From Paraspadella gotoi (Eukaryota > Animalia > Chaetognatha), in contig CM119270.1 in NCBI GenBank assembly GCA_051294375.1, forward strand, positions 2,774,713 through 2,838,712: a stretch of 64,000 nt of DNA. The letters run 5' to 3'. The notes beneath the pieces were generated by a model, which did not search any database, was not told the DNA's origin, and was given only the letters and a program-made list of their open reading frames with translations. This document shows positions 1 to 13,420 of this stretch, in pieces (within the stretch, counting starts at the first letter, position 1; each line of letters starts with the position of its first letter). The position numbers and the translations under genes were made by a program.

Positions 1-1819
1 TTGTATGGACCACAACATAGGAGTAATAAAACTATTTTCAAAATAACTTAACTCATGAGGCCCGACTTCATTTAGAAAAGCCCCAAGCACCTCTTATGAT
101 CTTTTCAAATTGAATCACAAACCAAACCTTTTGGGGCAAATGGATATCGTACCCATTCAGTCTAAGACGAACTCCACAATCTGTGAAAACAGTTATTGAC
201 AGGCCAAGAAAAACTATGATTTGTACATATGGTGCTATGACATTGAAGATGGCATCATTTTTTAAAGCTGGAATTTAGATCGTTTATCCCGAGAAAAGAA
301 AGGATAAAGAAGAAAAAGATAAAAGAAAAAGGAAGCAAGAAAAAAAGAATAGAGAAAAGAATAAAGGAAAGACGTTTAGCAGGTGAATTATTCATGTCAC
401 AATTTAAAGTACCAAACCGTTCAAAAATCTGAATGGTACTGAGGACGAGAATAAATGTAAAGATGAAGTAAAAAACGATGTAGAAAAGACCACAGGAGGA
501 AGGGAAAAGAGCTCGAATCAACTAGCCACAAAAACTGGAGTAAGAATCAAAAACAGGCAATATTCACCCAAGAAACTTACCATTAGAACAGGTATATGCC
601 GAAATATTCTTCTGGGCCACCTTGAACTAAGGAAAAAGAAAAAGCGCCAGCAACTCTCCTGCTTACAAAACACTCAACTAAACCAAACCATAAGGGATTC
701 AGAAATACAAACAGATGCCTTACAATCCAAAACACTTCATTGACAATTTCAACACAAACAGATAATCCCCCACTTTTAATATAGCAGAACAAAAGATTAC
801 AAACAGAAAGACATTAAAGACACCAAAGCAAAACAATTTAAAAGACAGTTTCAACATCAAACAAAGGATCCCCCAAATAAGCATTAACAATGGCAACACA
901 AACTGATGACCCGAAAATACAATACAATTGGACAACACAAACTGATGAACCCCAAATAGCAATAACAATGGCAACACAAACTGAGGAACCCCCAAGGCAA
1001 AAAAATGTACAGGTTTCCTCCTGACTTCTCCAATTTGATTAAAATCTTTCAGATACCCTGATGAAATTTCTAATTTATACCAAAACTGATCAAGCTGATC
1101 AAACTGACCTTGCACATGCAAAAAAATGTGAGAACATCAACGCGCATACAAGTCAAAAACACAAGTCAAAAATCAATGAAGCAACTGTTGTCATTCAAAA
1201 CAACAAAAATAGGAATCATCCCACTAGCAACAAACCAAATGTCTTCTTCCCCAGGGCCAAAAAACTGGAGGATAAAATTCACTCCATAGTAAGACCAGCT
1301 GAGCAAACTTCACTAACTGAAGTGACAAGCGCCTTAGAAATATTAGTACAAAACAATTCAAAAAAATTACAGCAGCATGAGCAGAAAAAAGGTATGAGAA
1401 AGAAAGAAACCGAAAATAAACAAGCAGAATCCTGATCAGAACCATCCCAAAAAAACTGATTGGATCTGAATAAAACCACCCATCATTCCACCAAAACCTA
1501 ACAACCAGTTAACAAAGCTAAACCCATTGCCAAAAAACCTAAAAGGCACTACATGTTCTCCAAACAAATGGCAGATTAAATCCCCTTTCATCCCAATCAC
1601 TACCTGGATGGACAAAACAATACCTCCAATGGTGGACTTTCAACTACTTCTCCACAGCCTCTTTATCCACCAACGTGAGGTGGACCCTATGAGCTTTTAC
1701 AAAGGAGGGCCAATATACAGACATAGAAGATGGATGAATAGTTGACTATAGGATAAAAGAACACGCTCGGACCAATTCTCAGATGACACGAGAAGGTCTT
1801 CGCAATGGGCGAGGGGGGG
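1..1819 (+). mobile_element. Putative decayed internal (3') region of the same retroelement
   Basis: A/C-skewed, microsatellite-free sequence with broken ORF fragments (e.g. 1061-1435), ending at the PPT. No diagnostic protein motif recognised; the call is positional inference. Confidence 0.25.
887..993. repeat. ~40-bp tandem repeat x3 (core CAACACAAACTGA[T/G]GA.CCC)
   Basis: Three visible copies of the core. Confidence 0.7.
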
Positions 1820-2170
1820 TGACCAACGCAGAAGACATGGTTTATCAAGTGGCTTGTTCTCTCTGGCTTCTCCGTCTTTTATATCCTTGATTGACCAATC
1901 AGAAGGAGGCTTCCCTCAGGGAAAACCGACGGCACGCAGAGGAAACGAGGAGAGGAACTGGATAACTCTTTCAACTTACCTTCAAGAAACAAAACATCAA
2001 AACTCCTTACTGGACTATTTGATTATTGTTTATTGCCTGCCTTTTCTCTGCATAATCTACATATTTTTGTATGTTAATTATCAATCTCCCAACGTGTTCT
2101 TATGTCAATAAACTCCTTTTTTCCTTATTTCTCCCTTAATAAAACCACGCCTGCCTGTCCTTCGTTGTGA
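1820..2170 (+). mobile_element. Probable 3' LTR of an LTR retrotransposon
   Basis: A purine tract (GGGCGAGGGGGGG, 1807-1819) sits directly before TGACCAACG. The interior has CCAAT and two AATAAA motifs (~2107, ~2138). The end CTTCGTTGTGA is an imperfect inverse of the start. No partner LTR in the window. Confidence 0.45.
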
Positions 2171-2739
2171 TGCAAAAGGAGAATCTTATTAGGTTTAAGA
2201 TTTATTCTTTTAGGCTTTTCTCATTTTTTTGTATTGTTTTTTCTTGATTTTCTGCATTCTTAATCCGGGTAATTATGGGTCAAGAGGGCCTGTTCGTTTT
2301 ACTAAGGTTCATGTTGCACGAGTTTTAAAAATATATTTTTAATATGAAATATACGCAAGAGAATAAAATAAACATAAATATCGGTAATTTTCTTATTGTG
2401 TACTTAACCATAAAAAAAAAAAACAAAAGACTTTTCTAATTCCTTAGGCGATAGGCTGAAAATAATCAACTATATTGTGCATTGTTCACCAGTTAAAGAA
2501 GTTTTTCACACAAAATAACCTACTTAAAGCATTAAAGTCCACGGAAAAAAAGTATGCTTTTTTACAAAAATATATCTTAGACACTGGTTCAAATGTCCAA
2601 GGAGCAATGAGGGAAAGAAAAAAAAAGCCAATGCTGTTGAAAATTAAATCGCAAGTAACACGAAAGGAAAAAAGGAGATCGCTTGAGACGGCCGAGTCGC
2701 CTTTCATTATCTAATTATATCCCTCGCTATTTCTTCGGT

Positions 2740-2928
2740 TTGTTCAGAGAGAGAGAGAAACGAGAGAGATAGAGAGGACGTCTTGTTTTTTTATTTATGA
2801 TAATGGTATATCTCTTCCTGTTGTTTCTTTGCTCCGCCCTCGAAACGTACTTCTCATCTACCCTGTTCTATTTGAGCAGAGAGAGAGAGAGAGAGCAGAG
2901 AGAGAGAGAGAGAGCAGACAGAGAGATG

Positions 2929-2959
<31 letters not shown>

Positions 2960-4000
2960 GCAGGAGAGAGAGAGAGAGAAGCCCTGATATCATTTCTCCT
3001 TTCGCTCACTGATTACCACGCCTGCGATGTTTTCTTCTTCTGTTATCTTAGTTTATTCATCCCGACCCTTCTCGTAGTGAATGTCGGTTTTTCCTAGTGA
3101 CTGCGGTCCTGCGTTTCAGGTTTTTTTTCTCGCTTTTACATTTTGAGTTTTTTTAATTCGAATATCTACCGTAGCATGTTATTCTTCTCTTTCTTCTTTT
3201 GTTTAAAAAAATTTTATTCTTTTTAATGCCATTTATTTTTTTTTCATTTTTTCTTCCTCCCCTTTTCCTCTTCATTCTTTTTTCCGGTTCCACATAAACT
3301 TCTTTGACTCGACTCAATTCAATTTCGACGTTTCCCCCCCCTGCCATATCTTGGCAATCCTCGACAAGCTGCTTTCCTCCCACAATTCATCAAATCCCTC
3401 TATTTTTTACATTCACTTCCTCAACGTCTTTCTTTATCTCTTTTTATTCATATTTGTTTTTCTTCGTCCTTCTTTCTTTCTTTCTTTCTTTCTTTTATTA
3501 ACGAGGAATTAAGGCAAGGTTCTTTATTCATTTTTTTCTCTTCTTCTTTCGGCCGTTCCTCCTTCTCCTTATCTTCTTTTTCTCCTCTTCAACATCTCTC
3601 CTTTCCCTCCCCTCTCTTCCTCCTTTTCTCTCCTTTCCTCCATCTCTTCTCCTCTATTTCATTCCTTTCCATCCATATATTTCTCCTCCTCTCTCCTTCC
3701 TTCCTCTCTTCCTCCATTTCATTCCTTTCCTCCATCTTCTTCCTCCATTCATTACTTTCCTTCATCTCTCCTCCACAACTCTTCCTTTCTCCATCTCTTC
3801 CTCACTCTCATTCTTTTTCTCTCTCCACTTCTCTCTTTCCTCCCTCTCCTTCCTCCACCTCCTCCTTCTCCTCCCCTTTTTTTCCTCCCCTTCCTCTTCT
3901 TAATACATGTATCAAAAATATTTGCCCGATAATCGATTCCAACTAACAATAACCGTTTTCCTCTTCCGTCTCGACTCATATTTTTTTTCCTCTCTCTCTC

Positions 4001-4052
<52 letters not shown>

Positions 4053-5297
4053 TCTCTCTCTCTCTCTCTCTCTCTTCTCCTCTCTTTCTCTCTCTCTCGC
4101 TTCTCTGTCTGTCATCCCTTGACGGCGCTCCTTTAATCTTTGACGTCCCGTATTTATTGATCCATCTCGATGTAGTGGCAGGTTCGTATCTGAGTATTTG
4201 AGCTTCAATTATTGTTTTTCATTATTTTTGAGGAATCGTGTTTTCACTGCTCAGCGTGAATGGTAGATTTTGTTCGGGATATTGGATTAGCTCATTCATA
4301 CCGATAAAAATGACTTATTCCTAAAAATAAATATATTTTGAAAATATTATCTATCCGATTATAATTTTTTGATATTGTGAATTTAAAATTCCATTCATGA
4401 TATTTTCATTTCACTCTTCTATTTCATTCACTCGGTTCATTGATCCAATGATAATTTTCTCGAAGTTTTCATTTTTCGACTTTCCTTTTTTTCCTTTTCG
4501 CCTTTGCCTTTTTTTTTCCTTCTTTTTATCTTAACGACATTTTTTTCTTCACAAAACTTCGTCTCTATTTTTTTTATCCGTTCTTTCATTTCCTTAATCA
4601 TTTTGCTATTAGATTTTCTTTCTTAATTTCTTTTCATATTTTTAAAATTTTCTTTCTTCCTTTCAATTATTTTTATAATCATTTTTTTCAATTTCTGAGC
4701 CACCCTTTTTTAAACACTTCGTTCTTTCTTGATTCTTCCTTTTTTCCACTATTTTTTTTATTTTTCTTTTTCTTTTTCCTCTACTCTCCTTTTCCTCACT
4801 TTTTTAGTTTCTTTTCTTTTTCCTCCACTTGCCTCCCTTTTTTTATTTTTTCCTTCAATTTACTCCTTTCTTTTCATCCTTTTCTCACTTTCGTTTTTTC
4901 CTTCCTTCCTTTTTACCTCCCTCTTTTTGTTTTCCAGAGTTCCTCCCCTTTCTTTCTTCCATTTCTCCCTTCCTTTTACTCCCTCCCCTCTCCTCCTTTT
5001 CCTCCCTTTCCTTTCTTTTCTTCAAAAAAAATCTTTTCCTCTTCCCCTCATAACATGCTCTCTCCTCTGTTTGAGATTTTCATGTCTTGCCAGCGGAGAC
5101 GAAGTCCAAAACAATATTCCCTCATTTTTTCCCTTTTTTTTCCTTTATTATTATTTTATTTTTTCTTATTTCTTTTTCTCCCTAAATTTTTTTTAAAATT
5201 CTTTTATAACCACTCGCTTTGTTTTGTCTTTTTGTTCCTTCTTTGTTTCCTCTTTCTTTCTTCTTTCTTTCTTTTCTTTCTTTCTTTCTTTTTTCTT

Positions 5298-5375
<78 letters not shown>

Positions 5376-5711
5376 CTCATTTTTGTCTTCATTTTACGAT
5401 CCTCATCCTCCTTTACTTTTCCTTCTTTCGCTGCTTCTGTCTCTTTCTCCTTTTCCTTTTCTTTCCTCCGTTTTTTTTCCTTTCGTTTTTCCTCTTCCTC
5501 CCAAACGATATTCATTCGATGTCTCATGTTTCTTTAATTTCGGTCTGTCCGTCCGTCCATCTGTCCGTCCGCCCGTCCGTCCGTCCGCCTTCTTTCTTCC
5601 TTTCCATTTTCCTCTTCTGTCATATTTTTTTTCCTGTAAGGACGAAGCGTCGTCGTTTTTTCATTTATTTCTCGTTGTGTCTACTCCTCTCTCTCTCCTC
5701 TCCTCTCTCTC

Positions 5712-5764
<53 letters not shown>

Positions 5765-5800
5765 TCTTCTTCTCCCTACTCCTCTGCCTCCTCCCTCATC
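2740..5800. repeat. Low-complexity region: (GA)n/(CT)n microsatellites and polypyrimidine tracts
   Basis: Directly visible; source of the spurious LS/ER/F-rich ORFs. Confidence 0.9.
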
Positions 5801-7498
5801 CACGTCCAATGGTTTTTCGCAGTTCTTTTAAAAAAAAGCTTCATTTTACTTTAAATATAAATTTTCAAATTCTTAACAAAATTGAAAAAGCAACGAAGTT
5901 TGTTGTTCGTCCTGGGAAAACCGAACAAAAGACAAACGAGACTCAAGTCGCTCGGAGGAAGAAGGCGGGAAATCTTCGGACAAACGGCGCCGAGTGAATT
6001 TTAAAGGGGAAGAATAGTTTTAAATAAATAATGCAAGTCTTATATCTACAGTAATTAAATATACTTATTCATCTGTTATTTTCTGTTCCCAACATTTTAC
6101 TGCTAATTTAAAAACATATCTAAATCCGAGCTATTTTATTGTTAATTATCTAGAAATAAGCTTAAATTAAAGATCATACTAATATCAAAATGAACCAGTT
6201 ACCATATTTAATTGATATTAAACTGTTATTAATCTGATATTAAACTGATATTCGATTCCATCTCGCATCTATTAACAGAATAATCCTAAAACCATTATTA
6301 TTTTTTAGAATTTACCAGATTTATACTCGCCACATCTTTATAAAATTTTTTTTCAATTTAAAATTAGGATTTTTTTAATAACATTCCAAGTTTTCCCGAA
6401 ATATAAAAACGCTCAACAATCAACGTGATATATCTCTCGTTTAAATCAGGATCGACGAAATTGAGATTCCGTCTCTAACGTGATATATCTCCCCTTTCAA
6501 TCAGGATCGATAAAGATGCGTCCACGATCCAATCAACTCAGGATTCAAGATCGAAAAGGACGATGACGACGAATAAAACGACGATGACGACGACGAAGAT
6601 TACGGATCACCGGAGCCCGACCCAGTTGTTGCTCTTCGAAATCGGGGCCCCGCAGCCCCGCGCCGCTCCCGGCTGCCCAGCGCCTCCGGGCAGCCGCTGT
6701 AGTAGATCCAAGTGAAAAAAAATTAAAAAATCAGCTGCCTTAATATTTTCGAGTCTTCTGCTTTTTTTTTTTTGCTGCAGCAGCGCAGCGGCGGTGAAAG
6801 CGGAAGGAGCAGCTGGGGAAAAAGCCGCAGTAGCCGCGGGAAACAGCGGCAGCTGGAAAAAAAAGTAAACCAAAAATAAGAATAACATTCGGTGCTGATT
6901 CACGCTGATTCCGTTTTATAAGTTTATTTTAAACTGTTTGTTTTTTTTTCAAACTGACGTAAATAAACAAATACTCGTAATCCCGCAAAATACTACTACT
7001 TTTTAAACGTCCATCGTTGATATTTAAACTAACGAAGTCTTTCTCTAAATTTTTTTCGAAACTTGAAAAAAACAAATTTCCATCGCGTTTTGGAACGAAA
7101 CTATTTGGTCATCGCTACACCTAGAGGGCGAGACGTTAAATAAGAAAAGAATAAAAGGACATCTATCGGTGAAAATAAAGGAGACCGACAGAAAACGACG
7201 CGCTTTGACGCCGACGTCCAAGATGGTCGTTGTCAGAAAAAGAAAACAATATCCTCGGAGTGAGAGCGAGAGGAAAAGAGAGACTGACTGACTGACTGAC
7301 AATCCTCGCTGAATAATTGACGAGTTTGGAATCGGAAAGACGCCGCTTTTAACGTCTGACGACGCCGGGAGCCGGAAGCGACGCCGGCGATCGGAAAAAA
7401 GAAAGCGGACGCGTAGGAATCTCCATAGCAACGAAGGAAACCGGGACTCGTCGCGGGGGCCGAAGGACGTTGGCGTCCAGTAGTTCATCGCCAACGCG

Positions 7499-7540
<42 letters not shown>

Positions 7541-7589
7541 TATATCAAAATCGAGTGGAAATGATAATTGTCTTCTTGGAATAAGTAAG

Positions 7590-8195
7590 NNNNNNNNNNN
7601 NNNNNNNNNNNNNNNNNNNNNNNNNNNNNNNNNNNNNNNNNNNNNNNNNNNNNNNNNNNNNNNNNNNNNNNNNNNNNNNNNNNNNNNNNNNNNNNNNNNN
7701 NNNNNNNNNNNNNNNNNNNNNNNNNNNNNNNNNNNNNNNNNNNNNNNNNNNNNNNNNNNNNNNNNNNNNNNNNNNNNNNNNNNNNNNNNNNNNNNNNNNN
7801 NNNNNNNNNNNNNNNNNNNNNNNNNNNNNNNNNNNNNNNNNNNNNNNNNNNNNNNNNNNNNNNNNNNNNNNNNNNNNNNNNNNNNNNNNNNNNNNNNNNN
7901 NNNNNNNNNNNNNNNNNNNNNNNNNNNNNNNNNNNNNNNNNNNNNNNNNNNNNNNNNNNNNNNNNNNNNNNNNNNNNNNNNNNNNNNNNNNNNNNNNNNN
8001 NNNNNNNNNNNNNNNNNNNNNNNNNNNNNNNNNNNNNNNNNNNNNNNNNNNNNNNNNNNNNNNNNNNNNNNNNNNNNNNNNNNNNNNNNNNNNNNNNNNN
8101 NNNNNNNNNNNNNNNNNNNNNNNNNNNNNNNNNNNNNNNNNNNNNNNNNNNNNNNNNNNNNNNNNNNNNNNNNNNNNNNNNNNNNNNNNNNNNNN
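7590..8195. other. Assembly gap (largest of many; others include 16452-16635, 22242-22372, 23356-23847, 30173-30366, 54340-54363)
   Basis: Runs of N, many abutting (GA)n/(CT)n tracts. Confidence 0.98.
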
Positions 8196-11167
8196 AACGA
8201 TTACGTCAACGTGGCGCCACGTCAAAGAGTTGGCGCTGACGCCAAGACGGCGCCAATTTGCTTTTGACGTCGACGAGGCCCTCTGGCGTCTTAACCTCGT
8301 CGTTGCTCTTCTATTTTTCTCGACGTTGATCGATTTTTTCCGAGTTGACGAATCGATTTTCGTCGGCTGCGGCTTCCGACGCTGCAGCCGCCGCCGTTGA
8401 CGCTGATGACATCAGCAGTACGCCATTCCCCGCCAACCGAGACTTGATTACTCAAAATTTGACGCGTTAATTGCGTCGCCTCTCCTCCCTTAAATTGCGC
8501 CATATCGAAAAGTCCACCTCCCAGTGGCGCCATCCAACCCTCCGCCCATCCACCGCCAACCGACCACAACCGACCGTCCTCCGACCACTGCCTAACGACC
8601 ACAACTTACCCTCGACCGACCTTACCCTTGGCGTCCGTCGTATTTTGCGCCATCTTCCGACGACGCATCGGTTGAGCGGCGTCGGGAAACGACGACGACA
8701 GAGACGACGACTACAACAACGACGACAATCTCACGCGCGTACGACGACGACGACGACGACGAGGTTCGCGAGAGAAAAAACGAGGAGCGAACGAATCGAC
8801 GAAACAAACCTGGCGTCGCGAAAACGAATCGTTTGAAGGTGAAAAAAAAAGCTCAACGTGTAAAATTAAAAAAATAAAAACGAGAAAAAAAAACTAAATT
8901 AAATTTTAAAAAAAGATTAAACGAAAATATTAATGATTTTAAAAGGACTCATCCGAAAAATGATTTAATATAAAACGAAAGAGAAGGAAAATAACAAACC
9001 AAAAAACGAAANNNNNNNNNNNNNNNNNNNNNNNNNTCTACCTCTCTCTCCTCTTCTTCTGTCTCTCGTCTCCTCTCTCTCCTCTTCTCTCTCTTCCTCT
9101 TGTCTCTCCTTTCTCTCTCTCTCTCTCTTCTCTCCTCTCTTCTCTCCTCTCTCTCTTCTCCTCTCTCCTCCGTTCCTCTCTCTCTGTCCGACGTCCCTGC
9201 TTCTTTTCCCCCCCGCTTCCTTTCCCTCCACTTGCCAAAACTCTTCCGACCGTTAATTTTTATAAAAACAAAATTGCCTACCCTTATGCGGAGAAATAAA
9301 AAACAAAAAAAATAAAAACATGACGCGGCGTTCAAATAAATGACGCGATGCTAGATCAAAGAGGATCGCGGACTAATTACTACGTCCACTTTCTCTACTG
9401 CCCCTAAGTATGCTTATGATCGTGAGTTTCGTCTTCCTCCTGGCATCACAGGTCGCTGTCATTCGCTTCTTCGTCGTCCCGTCGTCTCGTCTGCCGTCGT
9501 GTCGACTCGGGGCCGTCGCATAGCAAATCTTTAAAAGATGGAATTGTTTAGCGTTTCGCTCTCGAACGACTCCTAAAACGGTAAACATAACAAAAGCACG
9601 GGCTCCTTCGCTCTCGCTTAGGCGTTTCTCTCTCTCTCTCTTTCTCTTTCTCTCTCTCTCTCTCTCTCCTGATGGGCACGTCCGCTCCCTTTGGCGTTCT
9701 CTCTCTCTCTCTCTCTCTTGTCTTCTTCGTCTCTCTCTCTCTCTCCTCTCTACTCTTTCCGTTGCATCTTTCGAGCGGGCCGTGCGCGACATCTTTACTT
9801 TTCTCCTCTAAAATCCGGATACATAAACCAAAGGGAAAACAAAACAATAAAAAAAAAAAAACCAAAAACAAAAGGATGTAGACCAACTGAGCCTTCTAAT
9901 TGTTTTGCCTAACGAAACATTTTATTTTAGCTTCTGAAACTAAACAAAATCGAGGAAAGAAATTAGTGAGAAAAACGGAGACAAAAGGCTAATTATTTTT
10001 TTCCTGAGCTGCTCGATCAAAATACAAACTCCCTCTTCCCTCTTTGGGATTCCGATCCCCAAGACTTAAAATTCATGCGTTGCTTAAATTTATAATTCTT
10101 TTTTTCTCTCTTTCAAATTTCCCTTCCGAATTTTATTCTGCTGATATTTAAAATTCCCATTGAAGCTACCGAAGTCGTCGGATTTCAAAGCGCACAAAAA
10201 AAAAAAATAAATAAAATAAAACAAAAAAACGATTTAATGAAAACAATAAAGACAACAACATCGACAACCAACAAAAAACTGCCAAGCTCTAAATCATATT
10301 CAAAACTCTTCGTTCGACTCGCCTCCACTTAAAAAAAAAAGAGATTTAACCTCCGCCATAAAAAAAAGAGATTTATCCTCGGAATTGTTTTAAATCTTCG
10401 CGGATTTAAATCGACTTAAATAAATCCTTTTCGAATGAAATTAGATTTAAAAATTCAAACTTAGACTTCACGGTCAATGAAAGAAAAATCTCCGCCATGT
10501 TTTTCTACGCTTTTCTCTTTTCCGCGGTTTTCGCGCTTTCGTCTCCGGCCACTGGTTAGTTTATCTCTTTCTTTTTTGTCTTTTTTTTTTCAGTTTTTGT
10601 TTCTACTTTTATTTTTTTAGTGTGAATGTTTCGTTAATTTATAATTGTATAAACTCGGTTACATTCATCGCGTGAATTCGATGCTCGGTGCGTGGGAAAT
10701 CCTTTTTTTTTACAAGACGTAAAATAAGTAAAATAACTTTTAAAAACCTTTACCTTTTTCTTTGTCGTTTGTGAGAAATAGGTTTTGATATTGTTTCTCC
10801 GGACTGATGATTTCAATAACGAATACAGAAGATATAAAAAGGAATAAAAAGTGTTTATAATTGCAATTAACCAATTTGTTGTTTTGTTTCGTCGTCGCGA
10901 GCGACATCTGGCGATTGTTTTCGACGTTGTCTCCTGGGAATAAACAAAGGAGCATCGAGCTTCAAACTAATGCGACAAAACGAATCTTTTGTTTGGGCGG
11001 GGCCGGGGGGGGGGTAGGAATGGGACAGTTATTATAAATTCTAAATCATTGCAATTATTTATATTATTATTATTAATGCATTGTGATTTAATCGGATTAT
11101 AAGTAATTAAAGTCAGAAATAACAGCCGCTTTAAAAAAAATTACATTTTAAAATTTAACCTTTAATC

Positions 11168-11245
11168 TTGACCACCCCATCAGCCCGATATTGACCACCC
11201 CATCAGCCCGATATTGACCACCCCATCAGCCCGATATTGACCATC
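11168..11245. repeat. 23-bp minisatellite x~3.4 (TTGACCACCCCATCAGCCCGATA)
   Basis: Units start at 11168, 11191, 11214 and 11237. Confidence 0.9.
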
Positions 11246-11350
11246 CCAGTGACCGTAGCCCCCTTTTTTCCTACCAAGTCCACTGAATAAATTCACCCAC
11301 GGATTTCGCAATCGATCGATTCCGTATTAATGAGATGGATCGAGTCCGTG

Positions 11351-11498
11351 GGTTCATCTCTGCTCCGGATCTCTGCTCCAATAGATCTCTGCTCCACTGA
11401 ATCTCTGCTCCGGATCTCTGCTCAACTTAATCTCTGCTCCACTTAATCTCTGTACCAATAAATCTCTGCTCCACTAGATCCACCAAATCTTTGCTCCT
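11351..11498 (+). repeat. Array of ATCTCTGCTCC (~9 copies, mostly 2-5 nt linkers); possible subterminal-repeat arm of a DNA transposon
   Basis: Repeats are seen directly, starting GGTTCATCTCTGCTCC and running into a gap. The transposon-arm interpretation is inference. Confidence 0.6.
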
Positions 11499-13149
11499 NN
11501 NNNNNNNNNNNNNNNNNNNNNNNCAATTTCTTCAGCTCAACCTCCCAATCTCTGCCCTCCAGTGCGAGATTCTCCTGCCCCGTCGGAATCAATCTTTTCC
11601 GCCGCCATTATCGATATCGTTTCCCTTCGTCTCTCTCGTACAATATAACCTCTTGGCCTTCTGCTTAATCTCAACAAGGTCTTATCACTCTACAGTGCCC
11701 TCATGCTCATGTCTCCTGTGCGTCTTATCTCAGATTACTCAATACAAATCTACTCTCCTCTCATAGTGGCCTACAATCTCTTCTCATCTCTCATATACAA
11801 GCCCTTAAGCTTTGCCTCTTCTTTTTTTCTCCTTCCTTGTCCCACGTAGCTGGTTTCTTCTCTTCTTCATATAATTTACAGTATCGCTGAACAGGTTCTG
11901 ACAACCAGAAGCTCGAACCTTAGTATTGAAGCGTTTGATCCTGTAATTTCCGCCCATTTCACAAGAACTTTTCTGCTATCACAACCTTCCCATCAATTAA
12001 TATCGCCGTCTCCTCCCTCATTAACATATATGCTCGACATCGGCTGTAGCTTTCCTATTATCTAATATTCCTTGCCATACTTCTCACTACGCTCCTCACT
12101 CCAGATCGAAATATACACTTTTTCATATTCGTTTAGCCTCCTTTTACTACCCTTTACAATGGTCTTAGTATTATATTTTTTTTACAAGCTCCTCCATAAC
12201 CGAAAACATACTCTTTAACAACTTCAGGTCAGCCAAAGATGTTGTTGTTTTTAAAATGTAATAGATATGATGATGATGAAATGTGTTCGAGCTTCATATG
12301 TCTCTCACATATCCGCCTTTCTCGCTGAATTTTTTGCTAGTGGCGCACGCCACATAGTTATGTGAAAACAGTAACGGATTTGTGATTCAACTCTATACTC
12401 CTTACTCATCATCCTCTATCCTCATACTCTTGATCATAGCATCAGTCCTCTCATCATCTTCTCATACATACTCTCTAACCCTCCTTCTTGCTCATCTCGT
12501 GTACAGTACTACAGCTTCGTGAGGCACAGCTCCTATCATGTTGATTGTCTTATGCGTTCAGGTGGCATTCTCAGAATCAGCATCCAAAAATACTTTCATG
12601 CTTATTGAATCATTTATAATCAAACAAAATTCGTGTAAAACGAAATTGATACAAGAATAGCTATTTTATGAGGTGTTTGGATAGCATAAGACAATCATAT
12701 TGTATCCTGTGTGTATGTAGATTACTGTTAGTTTGCAAGGCAATCGTACTCTTCATTTGTTATTGGGCTCTGATCTCATTGAATCCTTTATCTTTCCGTA
12801 CGAACAAATGACATTACTTAATATAAAAGTGTTTATATTAAAGCAATGCAATTTTCATGGCTCTTTCCATAAACGAACACAAAACACAATTTATATAATT
12901 TTTGATGTATTAATATGTGCTAATGTATATAAAAGTATTTATATATTATTTACGATTGATTTTTAGAGTAAAAATAAATTTAGACTATAAAATCATATAT
13001 TCTAGAGTTTATACATAGGATTTATATTTCTATAACCTTTTATATTTTTTTATTATATTATAAATCAAAAAATTTTCTTTCCGCTTTATACTTAGTACTC
13101 TATTACTCTCTCTGGAGTAAACATCTCAGTTTTCGCTTCTCAGTTTTCT

Positions 13150-13420
13150 AGGCTTATCCTATGATTGTACGTAGAACGAAAGTTATATATGAAATTATAC
13201 TCGTATAAAGCTCTGCTGTTGGACGTGTCTTCATATACTGTCGAGTGAGATACTCTCTCGCACCTATGTGAGGGTCGATTCCACATGCTTCGGTGTTATA
13301 TTATTAGATATACGTGCTGTTGTCCACCAAATATCTACGAAAACATTCTCATTTCCTCTAGAACTAGCGAAGAAACACTCTCCAACACTCCTACACACAC
13401 TACAACATCTCTCTCGTTTT
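13150..13420 (-). mobile_element. Degenerate MULE/Mutator-like transposase C-terminal fragment
   Basis: Frameshifted minus-strand peptides occur in the expected order: VGECF, F..YLVDN..YI, P.MW, then RTSNS..F. This resembles the MULE pattern EVGDCF...FADYLVENYI...FPP.W...RTTNACESFH. The sequence is very noisy. Confidence 0.35.

Noticed and set aside
903-916. Hammerhead ribozyme core CTGATGA-CCC-GAAA
   Set aside because: Only 3 nt separate the boxes (no stem II), no flanking stems are evident, and neighbouring repeat units lack GAAA.
2797-5997. Long LS/ER/F-rich ORFs here and throughout the window (also poly-D, poly-I, poly-N and X-containing ORFs)
   Set aside because: They are translations of microsatellites or N gaps.
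6606-6900. GC-rich island as a MITE or exon
   Set aside because: Only a 5-bp terminal inverted match (CACCG/CGGTG), no second copy, and no meaningful translation.
11351-11498. CRISPR-like repeat-spacer pattern
   Set aside because: Repeats are 11 bp with mostly 2-5 nt linkers, the context is eukaryotic, and there are no cas genes.
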